DNA of 64,000 nt from an uncultured Candidatus Saccharibacteria bacterium (GTDB lineage: Bacteria; Patescibacteriota; WWE3; 9FT-COMBO-53-11). The stretch spans positions 12,729 to 76,728 of the forward strand of contig CAYGCK010000002.1 of assembly GCA_964348395.1 (NCBI GenBank), written 5' to 3'. A model generated the notes under the pieces. That model did not search any database, was not told the origin of the DNA, and saw only the letters and a program-made list of their open reading frames with translations. A program made the translations under genes and the position numbers. This document shows positions 38,296 to 47,338 of this stretch, piece by piece. Numbering within the stretch: position 1 is the stretch's first letter; each line of letters opens with the position of its first letter.

Positions 38296-38318
38296 AAGAA
38301 AAAGCCCGCGGCTTTAGC
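38296..38318 (-). terminator. rho-independent terminator (bidirectional hairpin) after the sigma-70 gene
   Basis: AAAGCC-cgc-GGCTTT hairpin. On the minus strand it is followed by TTTTCTTTG. Confidence 0.5.
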
Positions 38319-39207
38319 CATGGGCTTTATGTGTGTTGATTTGGGCTGAGAGCTTCTTGCGGGCCTCAGCTTCAATCTGCCGAACTCTCTCTTTGGTTAC
38401 CCCCTCTTTCCTGCCTATCTCCTCAAGCGTCGCGGGGGTAAGGACCCTAAGCTCAAGTATATTTCTCTCCCTGTCGGTCAAGACTTGAGTCATAGCCACG
38501 AGACATTGGATAAGGAGTATCCGGGCCATCGCTTGGCTCTCCACGGTTGTGGGATCGGGGATGACGCTGTAGAAATCGCTATTGCGCTCCTCGGAATCCA
38601 AATACTCGTCGAGCGAAACGGTCGTGGGGAACGCTCTTACAAGCTCGACCTCTTCCGTCGTGACCCTCGCTTCCTCGGCAATTGTCTCCAGTGTAACCGG
38701 TCTGCCGAGTTTCTCCAGCTTCGACTGGGCTTTGAGAACCCGTCTTGCGAGTTGACGCTTCTCGACCGGAACCCTTATCGTTTTGGCGTATCCGTCGCCT
38801 AGCTGACCAATCTCACGCCGTACCCAGTGGATGGCGTAGTTGGCGAAGCTGCCTCGATTCGGATCAAACTTCTCAACCGCGCGCAGCAAGCCAACGTTTC
38901 CCGCTTGAATGAGGTCCACGACGCCGATTCCTCGGAATCCCCACGTCCAAGATCGGGCGGTTTTGAAGGCCTCGGAGATAGCGAGTCGGAGGTTGCAGCA
39001 GATGAGTCTCTCGCGCGCTTCTTTACCGCGAAGCATTGCGGACTCAAGCTTCTCCTTCTCTTGTAAGGGGAGTTTGCCATCGGTCCTCTCAAGCATCGTT
39101 TGAGCTTCCCGACCTTCCCGGTAGAGATTGGCTAAGTCTCTTTCCTCGTGTCTCGTTAATAAGTTATACCTGCCGACATCTTTAAGATATAGCCTGAAGA
39201 CGTCCAT
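38314..39207 (-). CDS. RNA polymerase sigma factor, sigma-70 family (compact RpoD-like, lacks region 1.1)
   Basis: Region 2.4 DLIQAGNVGLLRAVEKFD, region 3 and region 4.2 HTH (TLEEIGRKEGVTKERVRQIE); 297 aa. Confidence 0.8.
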   Translation of the reverse strand: MDVFRLYLKDVGRYNLLTRHEERDLANLYREGREAQTMLERTDGKLPLQEKEKLESAMLRGKEARERLICCNLRLAISEAFKTARSWTWGFRGIGVVDLIQAGNVGLLRAVEKFDPNRGSFANYAIHWVRREIGQLGDGYAKTIRVPVEKRQLARRVLKAQSKLEKLGRPVTLETIAEEARVTTEEVELVRAFPTTVSLDEYLDSEERNSDFYSVIPDPTTVESQAMARILLIQCLVAMTQVLTDRERNILELRVLTPATLEEIGRKEGVTKERVRQIEAEARKKLSAQINTHKAHG

Positions 39208-39319
39208 CGTCCCTCCTTCCTATAGTTATTGTCAAGATGCCCTTATACTACTATGAGTCTTTTGTTCCGTCAACTTTGCTCAGGGAATATCACTCTGATA
39301 AACTCTTCATAAAGATAAG

Positions 39320-42307
39320 ATGCCGACCAGTTTCAAAAAAGTTGATGCGGTTGTCGACTTCCCCAAGCTCGAGAGGGAGATTTTGAAGTGGTGGTATTCC
39401 TCTTCGCTGGCTAAGAAGTATCTTGAGAAAAACGATAAATCCGAAAAGAGATTCCGCTTTCTAGATGGTCCAATAACAGCCAACAACCCTATGGGTGTTC
39501 ATCACGCCTGGGGGCGAAGCTATAAAGACCTTTTCCAGCGCTATAAAAATATGCGTGGCTTCAAACAACGCTTCCAGAACGGTTTTGACGCCCAAGGGCT
39601 TTGGGTTGAGGTGGAGGTCGAGCGCGAGCTTGGGTTTAGCTCCAAACGCGATATAGAGCGCTATGGCATAGACCGGTTTGTCGAGCGGTGTAAAAAACGC
39701 GTCTTCAAATACGCCAAAATCCAAACCGAACAATCAAAGCGCTTGGGTTATTTTATGGACTGGGATGACGATTCTTTTTTTCGCGAGGTGCCGAAAAAAA
39801 CAAGGTTCTCGAGCGGAGCGGGAGGTTCTTACTATACTTTATCCGATGAAAACAACTACGCAATCTGGCATTTTCTTAAGACGTGTCACCAAAAGGGTTG
39901 GATTTATGAGGGACGGGATGTGGTGCCTTGGTGCACCCGCTGCGGGACGGCTCTTTCGGAGCACGAGATAGTTACGGAAGGTTATAAAGAGCTGGCCCAC
40001 CCAGGACTTTTTGTTAAGTTTCCCGTGACGGGAAAACGCGACACTTTTCTTCTCGCTTGGACAACCACCCCCTGGACGTTACCGGCAAATACCGCTTTAG
40101 CGGTTGGCGAGGATATAAAGTACGTTTTTCTTAAGGCTAAGGACGGGATCTATATTCTAGCTCGGGAACGATTAAAGGAGAGCGGAGTCGAGGGGAAGGT
40201 GGTTCGCGAGGTTTTGGGGAAAAATTTGGTGGGGTTGAGTTATGGATCGCTCTTCCCGGAGTTTTTTGCCCAGGGCGGCGTTAAGCATCGGGTGGTTGGA
40301 GCCGACTTTGTCACTTTGGAAGAGGGGACGGGTATAGTCCATATCGCTCCGGCAAGCGGAAGGGAGGATTATCAGCTTGCACGCGAGAAAAACCTTTCGG
40401 TTGTTGAATATCTTGATGAAGGCGGGATGTTCCTGGAAGGTTTTGGAAGCTACTCTGGCAAGAGTGCTTTTGAGGTCGGTCCTCAGGTTATCGAGGATCT
40501 CAAAAAGAAGGGACGCATCCTGAAGGTCGAGAGCTATTCTCACCGGTATCCGGTTTGCTGGCGCTGTGGAACGGAATTGATATTTAGGCTTGTCGACGAG
40601 TGGTATATTGCGATGGATGAGCTAAGAGGTCCCATGGCTCAGGTCGTTAGATCCATAAATTGGATTCCTGGTTTTGGAAAAGAGCGAGAGTTGGATTGGC
40701 TTCGCAATATGAGCGACTGGCTCATATCGAAAAAGCGTTATTGGGGTTTAGCGCTTCCTTTTTATAAGTGTCAGAGGTGCGGCCATCTTGAGGTTGTGGG
40801 TAGTAAAAAAGAGCTTAAGGAGAAAGCGGCCGCCGGTTGGGAGGAGTTCAAAGACCACTCTCCTCATCGTCCCTGGATTGACGAGGTGAAAATTCGCTGC
40901 CCAAACTGTGGGGAGGCGGTCTCTCGCATTAAGGACGTGGGGAACCCCTGGCTCGACGCGGGGATAGTTTCTTTCTCCACCTTGGTCGACCCGAAGACCG
41001 AGAACGTAAGTTATACCACCGACAAGAAATACTGGCGTAAATGGTTTCCCTTTGACTTTATCACGGAGTCCTTCCCCGGACAGTTTAGAAATTGGTTTTA
41101 TTCACTCCTTGCTATGTCAACCGTATTGGAGGATACTGCTCCTTTCAAAAACGTTTTGGGGCACGCACTGGTGCGGGACGAGCGCGGGCGTGAGATGCAT
41201 AAATCTTGGGGCAACGCGATTGAGTTCAACGAGGGCGCGGAACGCATGGGGGTTGACATTATGCGGTGGCTTTATCTCTCGCACGATCCTGCAACCAACG
41301 TTAACTTTGGTTACGGTCCCGCCGAGGTCGTAAGACGGAGATTTTTCCTGATTTTCTGGAACGTTTATAGATTCTTTATTGAAAATGCGTTGGTAGACGG
41401 GTGGAAACCTAGCAAAAAGCTTCAAGTTGCAGGCAACAAGTTGCAGGTTTTGGATCGTTGGGTTTTATCCCGTCTTAACTCGACAATAGAGCTCGCCACC
41501 CAAGCCTTAGATAAGTATGACCCAAAAACCGCGGCCGAGGCGATTGAGCGTTTTGTGGTTGACGATGTCTCTCAATGGTGGCTTCGCCGTTCGAGACCCC
41601 GCGTTGGTCCGACTGCTCAGAGGGAAGACGACAAGGAAGTTTTCTATCAAGTTGCTCATCTTGTCCTGACAACCTCTGTGCGACTTCTGGCTCCCTTTAT
41701 TCCTTTTGTGACAGAAGGGATGTACCAGAACCTTATGCGCCCTCTCGGGACCTCGCGGGCAGTTTATACGACCTCGCGCTCTGTACATCTTGCCGATTGG
41801 CCAGAACCCAAAAAAACGTTTTTAGACCCTCGTCTTGAGCGACAGATGCTAAAGCTTCGCGAGATCGTAACCTTGGGACACTCGTTTCGAAAGACAAAAG
41901 GTATCCCGCTTCGTCAGCCGCTTTCCAAACTAACCGTTACAGGATTTTCTGGATTTTCTGGAAAGGAACTAACCGATCTTTTGGCCGAGGAGCTGAACGT
42001 TAAGGGTGTCGAGTTTAAGAAAGGTAGTGAACTTAAAGTGCGCTTTAGTACTCGCTTGACGGACGAGCTGAGGGCCGAGCGCTTTGCGCGGGAGCTTATT
42101 CGAGCGGTGCAGGATATTCGAAAGGAAAAGGGACTTCGACTTGACGATAAAATTGTAGTCACCTATCCACAAACCGTCGAAAACAAATTGGCCGTCGCCG
42201 CTTTTTCGGACCTGATTCGCCGACAAACGCTTGCTTCCAAGCTTAAACCCGGGGGGAAGCTGTCTTTGAGTGTGGAGAGGAAGAATTCCAAACGCCGCGC
42301 GCCGTGA
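39320..42307 (+). CDS. ileS: isoleucine--tRNA ligase
   Basis: HxGH-type motif PMGVHHAWG, WTTTPWTLPANTAL, KMHKSWGN (KMSKS); 995 aa. Confidence 0.9.
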   Translation: MPTSFKKVDAVVDFPKLEREILKWWYSSSLAKKYLEKNDKSEKRFRFLDGPITANNPMGVHHAWGRSYKDLFQRYKNMRGFKQRFQNGFDAQGLWVEVEVERELGFSSKRDIERYGIDRFVERCKKRVFKYAKIQTEQSKRLGYFMDWDDDSFFREVPKKTRFSSGAGGSYYTLSDENNYAIWHFLKTCHQKGWIYEGRDVVPWCTRCGTALSEHEIVTEGYKELAHPGLFVKFPVTGKRDTFLLAWTTTPWTLPANTALAVGEDIKYVFLKAKDGIYILARERLKESGVEGKVVREVLGKNLVGLSYGSLFPEFFAQGGVKHRVVGADFVTLEEGTGIVHIAPASGREDYQLAREKNLSVVEYLDEGGMFLEGFGSYSGKSAFEVGPQVIEDLKKKGRILKVESYSHRYPVCWRCGTELIFRLVDEWYIAMDELRGPMAQVVRSINWIPGFGKERELDWLRNMSDWLISKKRYWGLALPFYKCQRCGHLEVVGSKKELKEKAAAGWEEFKDHSPHRPWIDEVKIRCPNCGEAVSRIKDVGNPWLDAGIVSFSTLVDPKTENVSYTTDKKYWRKWFPFDFITESFPGQFRNWFYSLLAMSTVLEDTAPFKNVLGHALVRDERGREMHKSWGNAIEFNEGAERMGVDIMRWLYLSHDPATNVNFGYGPAEVVRRRFFLIFWNVYRFFIENALVDGWKPSKKLQVAGNKLQVLDRWVLSRLNSTIELATQALDKYDPKTAAEAIERFVVDDVSQWWLRRSRPRVGPTAQREDDKEVFYQVAHLVLTTSVRLLAPFIPFVTEGMYQNLMRPLGTSRAVYTTSRSVHLADWPEPKKTFLDPRLERQMLKLREIVTLGHSFRKTKGIPLRQPLSKLTVTGFSGFSGKELTDLLAEELNVKGVEFKKGSELKVRFSTRLTDELRAERFARELIRAVQDIRKEKGLRLDDKIVVTYPQTVENKLAVAAFSDLIRRQTLASKLKPGGKLSLSVERKNSKRRAP

Positions 42308-42332
42308 TAGAATTACTCGCTTTCCCTTGATC

Positions 42333-42671
42333 ATGGAAAAAAAGAAAACACGGAGTTCAAAATCCAAAAGTACCAAGACAAAAGAGGAAAAATTAGCCGT
42401 TTTAGGGTTGGGTGGCGGGCAACACCTGGTTCGTGAGGGTGCCGAGCTTGAGGTGAACCGCTTACCGTTCAAGAAGGGCGAGAAAAAAGAAGAGGAAGCA
42501 CTGGTCCTCAAGCCCAGAATCGCCAAAGGTAAGGTTATCTACAAGGTCTCAGAGCACACCAAAGGGCCCAAACTCACCGTCCAGACCTACAAGGCTAAGT
42601 CGCGTTACAGGAGGAAAAAGGGGTTTCGGGCGAGTTTGACGAAAATTGTGATCGAAACTATAAAAATTTGA
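42333..42671 (+). CDS. rplU: 50S ribosomal protein L21
   Basis: ATG at 42333 (MEKKK). Core [24 protein letters not shown]...KVIYKVSEH...[16 protein letters not shown] matches L21, with a Lys-rich N-terminal extension. Confidence 0.8.
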   Translation: MEKKKTRSSKSKSTKTKEEKLAVLGLGGGQHLVREGAELEVNRLPFKKGEKKEEEALVLKPRIAKGKVIYKVSEHTKGPKLTVQTYKAKSRYRRKKGFRASLTKIVIETIKI

Positions 42672-42672
42672 C

Positions 42673-42921
42673 ATGGCTAAGAAAAAAGCGGGAGGTGCAA
42701 AGGCAAGACAAGCGTCGCGCGTCGCGGGCAAGCGACTCGGGCTAAAAGTTGCAGGTGGGCAGGGAGTTGTGGCTGGTAATATTATTGCTCGCCAGCGCGG
42801 TATGACGGTGGCGCCCGGGCAAGGAGTGGGTATGGGACGTGATTTCACCTTATACGCACTTAAGGACGGGCGGGTGGAGTTTTTTGAGAGGCAGGGTAAA
42901 AAGTACGTTAGCGTCGTCTAA
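42673..42921 (+). CDS. rpmA: 50S ribosomal protein L27
   Basis: [26 protein letters not shown]...GNIIARQRG. Confidence 0.9.
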   Translation: MAKKKAGGAKARQASRVAGKRLGLKVAGGQGVVAGNIIARQRGMTVAPGQGVGMGRDFTLYALKDGRVEFFERQGKKYVSVV

Positions 42922-42926
42922 AGCGT

Positions 42927-43511
42927 TTAGTAGGTCGGCGGTTTAATGAGGGCGAGGGCCTCGGGTGGCCAGTACCGCAGCCAAACCCGACCGATTATAT
43001 CCTCACGATTTACGGCGCCCCATTCCCGAGAGTCCGAGGAACGTTCTCTGTTATCGCCCATGACTACGTAGCCGTCCTCGGTTGAGAAGACCTCTCCTTC
43101 TCTTATCGTTCTGCGGCTGTAGGTTCCGGTTCCTCCCTCAAGATAGGGTTCGTTCAGAAGAAATCCTTCAGGATGCTCGCTGTTTATGATGAAAACATCG
43201 CCGTTTTGGATTTTAACCTTTTCTCCAGGCAAAGCGACTATTCTTTTTATAAAATCCAGGTTCGGCTGCTCCGGCGAGCGAAAGACGATGACCTCCCCTC
43301 GCTCTGGGGGGTGCTTGAGGAGGTTATAGGTGACCATTTCGGTAAGAAGATATTCGCCGTCGTGGAAATTGGGGAGCATTGAGTCTCCTCTTATTTGGTG
43401 TGGGCGGACCAGAAAAAGGTAGAGGGCTAGGAAAATAAGAAGCGCCAGAGCGGCGGTCTCCGCAATTTCGAGTAAAAATGTAATTACGGTCTTGATGAAT
43501 TTAAGAACCAC
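42927..43511 (-). CDS. lepB: signal peptidase I
   Basis: N-terminal TM, GDSMLPNF (Ser box) and VMGDNRERSSDSREWG (box E). Confidence 0.85.
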   Translation of the reverse strand: MVLKFIKTVITFLLEIAETAALALLIFLALYLFLVRPHQIRGDSMLPNFHDGEYLLTEMVTYNLLKHPPERGEVIVFRSPEQPNLDFIKRIVALPGEKVKIQNGDVFIINSEHPEGFLLNEPYLEGGTGTYSRRTIREGEVFSTEDGYVVMGDNRERSSDSREWGAVNREDIIGRVWLRYWPPEALALIKPPTY

Positions 43512-43688
43512 GGGGGTATTATAAAATAGTTAAGCGGCGGTAGTTAAGGATGAGAGTTAGCCCGATAGCGAAAAAGGAGGATCGCTATCGCTCTCGCCTT
43601 GGGCGAGAGACAATGGGACGCGATGTTTAAAAACATCGCTGCCTTTTTGCGGGGGCGAAAAGGAGAACACCTCTTCGAATCCTGCTGA

Positions 43689-43764
43689 TGGGCTCGTAGC
43701 TCAGTGGCCAGAGCGCTCGGTTCACATCCGAGAGGTCATCCGTTCAAATCGGATCGAGCCCACC
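43689..43764 (+). tRNA. tRNA-Val (anticodon CAC), CCA encoded
   Basis: Acceptor GGGCTCG/CGAGCCC; anticodon arm CTCGG-TTCACAT-CCGAG; T-arm CATCC-GTTCAAAT-CGGAT(G); ACCA 3' end. Confidence 0.85.
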
Positions 43765-43772
43765 AGCACGAT

Positions 43773-43790
43773 TAAAGCCTGTAAGGCTTT
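43773..43790 (+). terminator. terminator-like hairpin unit 1 (AAAGCC-tgtaa-GGCTTT + TTTTCATC)
   Basis: 6-bp stem, 5-nt loop, followed by a T-run. It is the first of two covarying copies. Confidence 0.55.
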
Positions 43791-43794
43791 TCAT

Positions 43795-43831
43795 CGAGGG
43801 AGTCGCAGGTTCGAATCCTGTACTCTCCACC
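43795..43831 (+). other. orphan tRNA 3'-half fragment (T-arm GCAGG-TTCGAAT-CCTGT + acceptor 3' strand ACTCTCC-A-CCA), no matching 5' half
   Basis: Canonical T-loop and CCACCA end. No GGAGAGT 5' acceptor strand upstream. An 11-mer TTCGAATCCTG also occurs at 43674-43684. Confidence 0.55.
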
Positions 43832-43836
43832 ACGGT

Positions 43837-43855
43837 TAAATCCCGTGAGGGATTT
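43837..43855 (+). terminator. terminator-like hairpin unit 2 (AAATCCC-gtga-GGGATTT + TTTCATCC)
   Basis: Same architecture and flanks (CCA-ACG-TTAAA...TTTTCATC) as unit 1, with compensatory stem changes. Confidence 0.55.
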
Positions 43856-44109
43856 TCATCCGAAAGGCTGCTGAATCCGCCTCGAGCGGATAATCGCCTA
43901 AGGCGACGGCTCAAATCCAGTAGCACCCACCATTGCTGTTGGAGTCCCGTTTTCATTTCCCCCTTCCGTTTTAGTTATAGTGTTAGTGAGTGGACGGATT
44001 CCGCCCAGGGCGGAAACCTAGCATTTGCTCGCTAACGCTCACAAATGGACGATCGCCTTCGGCGATCTAGCATTAGAGTTACAATTTTCGTAGCTCATCA
44101 TAACGTCTA

Positions 44110-45345
44110 ATGTGGAGAAAGATTGGCACCAACACCGTTTACCAGCTAATTGGCAAAGGCGTAAGCGTTATATCAAGCGTCATCATTGTCTCACTTTTGA
44201 CTCGCTCTTTGGGAGGCGAAAACTACGGCGAATATGTACTTGTGACCTCGGTTCCCGCCTTTCTTTATCTTTTTGTTGATTTCGGTCTAAACGCCATTTT
44301 TCTGAGGGAAATCTCCTCGGCCGGCAGACACAGCAAGAGATTCGGGAGTTTTTTTGCCCTGCGCGCTATTCTTTCGATGATCGCTTTTTTGACGGGTTTG
44401 GCCTTTGCCTTCATCTACACCTCAGAACCTCTGATTCGAACGGGAATGGCAATCGCCCTGACGACCGTTTTTACACAGGGTGCCTTTACCAGTTTCAACG
44501 CTCTTTTTCAGCATTCCTTGCGTTATAACCTCTCGGCCCTAGCCGCCGTGGTCTCTTACGCTTTTGCGGTTTCTGCTGTATTTGTTGGATTTTTATCGCG
44601 AGCTAACTTTCTTTATTTTGTGGGCGTTTGGACGTTGGCGTCTGTTGTTTTGGCGGGGGCCTCTCTTATTTTTGCCCAAAAACTTTCTGAGAAACCCATA
44701 TTCTCTTGGGACAAGGCGTGGGTTAAAAGCATCTTTAAAGCTTCTTTACCCATAGGTTTGATGCTGGTGTTTGCCCAAATTAACGCCCGAGCCGACGTCT
44801 TTCTTCTTCGCGCGCTTGATTCGGCTGAAGCCGTGGGTATATATCGCTTGGCATACAGTGTTTTTGAAAATATTCTTCCCATACCGATATTTTTTGTCAA
44901 CGCTCTTTATCCGGTGATGCTCCGAGATCGCAAACTAGGAATCGCTGCCCTGTTTGGGCGGCTTAAAAAAAGCCTTTCTATACTGGTCTTGGCTTCTATT
45001 GCTTTGGGTGCCGTGATCTTTGTTTTTGCTCCTTGGGTAATCTATATCCTAGGCGGGGAGGAGTTTGCCCCCTCGTTTCTGGTTTTAAGATTATTGGCCG
45101 TTTCGTTTCCTTTGTTTTTCGTGACCGCGCCGTTGCAGTGGACGCTTATTACTGTGGGTAAGGAGCGCGTGTTGCCCGTGATATACGCCGTCGCCGCCGT
45201 GGTCAACGTTTTGGTCAACGTAGTTTTCATTCCTTACTTCTCCTATCTAGCCTCGGTTGCCGCCACAATACTATCCGAATTGCTGATACTCGCCGGCCTC
45301 GTTTATGCTATATCGAGATTCAGAAGCAAATCCGGTGGGGGTTAG
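44110..45345 (+). CDS. polysaccharide biosynthesis/export protein, MOP-superfamily flippase (Wzx-like)
   Basis: 411 aa with about 12 TM helices. N-terminal VYQLIGKGVSVISSVIIVSLLTRSLGGENYGEYVL is typical of Wzx/RfbX. Confidence 0.7.
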   Translation: MWRKIGTNTVYQLIGKGVSVISSVIIVSLLTRSLGGENYGEYVLVTSVPAFLYLFVDFGLNAIFLREISSAGRHSKRFGSFFALRAILSMIAFLTGLAFAFIYTSEPLIRTGMAIALTTVFTQGAFTSFNALFQHSLRYNLSALAAVVSYAFAVSAVFVGFLSRANFLYFVGVWTLASVVLAGASLIFAQKLSEKPIFSWDKAWVKSIFKASLPIGLMLVFAQINARADVFLLRALDSAEAVGIYRLAYSVFENILPIPIFFVNALYPVMLRDRKLGIAALFGRLKKSLSILVLASIALGAVIFVFAPWVIYILGGEEFAPSFLVLRLLAVSFPLFFVTAPLQWTLITVGKERVLPVIYAVAAVVNVLVNVVFIPYFSYLASVAATILSELLILAGLVYAISRFRSKSGGG

Positions 45346-45349
45346 GTGC

Positions 45350-46108
45350 CTAACTCTCGTAGGTTACGGTTAACTCAACCTTCTCTTCATTTCCGGCCTT
45401 GTCGGTAGCGACGATTGTGATTTTTATTTCGCCCGGTTTTGAAGCATTTATCGTCCCTTCGAACGTTCCGTCAGCCAGAACGGTGGCTTGGTACGAATTT
45501 ATCCTCACGGTCGCCCCGGCCTCTGTTTTACCGGCTATTTGGATAGTTTTATCCTCACCATTAAAGGTTTGGTTGTTTTGCGGTTTGGAGACCTCAAGTG
45601 TGGGGGGCTCGGTATCTAAAGTTATAATTAACTCTGCTGATTTTTGGCTTTGGTTTCCCGCTTTATCCGTCGCGGTGGCTACCAGAGTGTTTTTTCCTTC
45701 CGAAAGAGTGACGTCTGCGAAACTAAACGTCCCCCCAGCCTCGGCTATTATCTTGCCAACCTCACTGTCGTTTAAGAGCAGGGTTACCTCAGATCCGGGC
45801 TCGGCGTATCCACTCACCTCCACCTTTTGCTCCTTTGTATAGGGGGATGCGGGCGCGAAGGTCGGAGGCGGTGGGGCAACGGTATCACCCTTTGTCGACG
45901 TTTTTTCCCCGGTGAATATCGCCCAAAAATCCGATATGTGGGTCAGCCCGCTTACCCCTAAAAAATAGATGGCCGAGATGATGACGGCGGTGACGACAAG
46001 TATTTGAAGAAGACCTGTCAATTCACTTTTGTCCTCTCGACTTAAAGCGCGCCAACCTTTCTTGAGGCTCCGCTTTCTTTTGACAAAATAACGTCTCGAT
46101 TTCCTCAT
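45350..46108 (-). CDS. membrane-anchored surface protein with bacterial Ig-like domain repeats
   Basis: Basic N-terminus plus TM. Two about 80-aa beta-rich repeats (…GEDKTIQIAGKTEAGATVRINSYQATVLADGTFEGTIN… / …SEVGKIIAEAGGTFSFADVTL…ATATDKAGN). Confidence 0.55.
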   Translation of the reverse strand: MRKSRRYFVKRKRSLKKGWRALSREDKSELTGLLQILVVTAVIISAIYFLGVSGLTHISDFWAIFTGEKTSTKGDTVAPPPPTFAPASPYTKEQKVEVSGYAEPGSEVTLLLNDSEVGKIIAEAGGTFSFADVTLSEGKNTLVATATDKAGNQSQKSAELIITLDTEPPTLEVSKPQNNQTFNGEDKTIQIAGKTEAGATVRINSYQATVLADGTFEGTINASKPGEIKITIVATDKAGNEEKVELTVTYES

Positions 46109-46112
46109 GTTC

Positions 46113-46187
46113 TGGAGCCGAGGGCGGGATTTGAACCCGCAACCCCTCCCTTACGAAGGGAGTGCTCTGCCGTTGAGCTACCTCGGC
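46113..46187 (-). tRNA. tRNA-Thr (anticodon CGT)
   Basis: Reverse complement GCCGAGGTAGCTCAACGGCAGAGCACTCCCTTCGTAAGGGAGGGGGTTGCGGGTTCAAATCCCGCCCTCGGCTCCA. Anticodon loop TTCGTAA. Confidence 0.85.
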
Positions 46188-46227
46188 ACAAATCGCGTCC
46201 GAAGGGAGTGCTGACCGTCTTGTCGGC

Positions 46228-46249
46228 CTCCGCCCTAGGCGGAGTTTTT
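46228..46249 (+). terminator. plus-strand hairpin + T5 (CTCCGCC-cta-GGCGGAG TTTTT) with no annotated plus-strand gene upstream
   Basis: 7-bp GC-rich stem followed by TTTTT. It lies between tRNA-Thr (minus) and the ROK kinase (minus). Confidence 0.4.
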
Positions 46250-46275
46250 CACTGTTTATTTTATCAGCTGCGGCC

Positions 46276-47118
46276 TTAGGAAGTTTGAAGTTTGGCAATA
46301 AGCGCTGCGCCGGTTGCACCCGCGGCTTGTCCCAACGAGGATTTTAAGATTGGGATGTTCTTACTTTCGGGGTTGGCTATGTGTTCTGCGGCAGATTTTT
46401 TTGCCTCCTTTATGAAAAGCTCATACGCGTCCCCTATACCACCCCCGACAATTACCGCTTGGGGGTCGAGGATATTAACGACGTTGGCGATGATGTGCCC
46501 GAGGTTGGTCCCAAATTCCGCCCAGAGCTTTTGCGCTTCCTTATCGCCCTTTTGTGCGCCTTGGCGGGTTTCGACCGGGTCTTTCCCTAATTTTCTGAAA
46601 AACTTCGCAGAGGCGAGATCCTCTGCTTCCTCATCCCCTCGGAGGTTTAATACCGTGTGTCCAATTTCCGCCCCTCCTCGCCCAACGTAGAGTTTGCCGT
46701 TTATCACCAACCCTCCCCCGAGACCGCTGCCCAGCGTGAGGCCCACGACGTTCTCGAACCCTAAAGCCGCGCCGAGCGCCACCTCTGCATAGGTGAAGGC
46801 GTTAGCGTCGTTGTGGAGAACGACCGAGGCGTTAAAAATCTTTTCCACTTCCTGGGCTAGCGGATAACCCACGAGCTCCGGGAAGTTGGGAGCGTAGTTT
46901 AGAGTCCCGTCTTTTGGCAGCCCCGGTACGCCGACACCTACCTTCTCAACCGCCACCCCCTTCTTTTGAAGGTCCGTTTTTATTTGACCGCATACCTCAA
47001 GAATTTTTCCGGTATTTTGGGGAGTAAGGTCGTAGCGCCCTTCGGCAACTGAGTCGCTGCCTTCCAAAGCTACAAAGTAGGCCTTGCTTGCTCCTATATC
47101 GATTCCTAAGTAAGCCAT
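46276..47118 (-). CDS. ROK/BadF-type sugar kinase (putative glucokinase)
   Basis: MAYLGIDIGASKAYFVAL (phosphate-1), VGLTLGSGLGGGLVINGKLY (phosphate-2), VIVGGGIG (adenosine motif). Confidence 0.75.
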   Translation of the reverse strand: MAYLGIDIGASKAYFVALEGSDSVAEGRYDLTPQNTGKILEVCGQIKTDLQKKGVAVEKVGVGVPGLPKDGTLNYAPNFPELVGYPLAQEVEKIFNASVVLHNDANAFTYAEVALGAALGFENVVGLTLGSGLGGGLVINGKLYVGRGGAEIGHTVLNLRGDEEAEDLASAKFFRKLGKDPVETRQGAQKGDKEAQKLWAEFGTNLGHIIANVVNILDPQAVIVGGGIGDAYELFIKEAKKSAAEHIANPESKNIPILKSSLGQAAGATGAALIAKLQTS

Positions 47119-47258
47119 CTTTATGAAGATGTTACCAGGTTTTCACGGATCCGTTCCTCTGTTAAAATTGAGTGGGCCCCGCGGTGAGAGACGATCGTTT
47201 ACAAATTTTTGATGGTCTTAATCCGTCTTCGACGGATCGTGGTGGAGATGAATCATCT

Positions 47259-47337
47259 GGTCCCGTGGTGTAGTCTGGTCTAACACGCCTGATTGTCAAT
47301 CAGGAGATCGCCGGTTCAAATCCGGTCGGGACCGCCA
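47259..47337 (+). tRNA. tRNA-Asp (anticodon GTC)
   Basis: Acceptor GGTCCCG/CGGGACC; anticodon arm CCTGA-TTGTCAA-TCAGG; T-loop TTCAAAT; CCA encoded; long (11-nt) D-loop. Confidence 0.8.
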
Positions 47338-47338
47338 G

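Noticed and set aside
39208-39319. T-box leader upstream of ileS (and upstream of glyS at 21283-21323)
   Set aside because: The leaders are about 110 nt and about 40 nt respectively, far too short for a T-box riboswitch. No specifier or T-box motif seen.
43832-43931. Third CCACCA-terminated element as a complete tRNA, or the whole 43520-43935 region as tmRNA
   Set aside because: No 5' acceptor strand complementary to AGCACCC or ACTCTCC is present. The T-arm is degenerate. There is no resume codon or tag reading frame ending in a stop preceded by Ala codons. It is kept as orphan fragments.
43744-43956. 70-aa minus-strand ORF across the tRNA-Val / hairpin region
   Set aside because: Overlaps a tRNA and the structured repeats; no coding signal.
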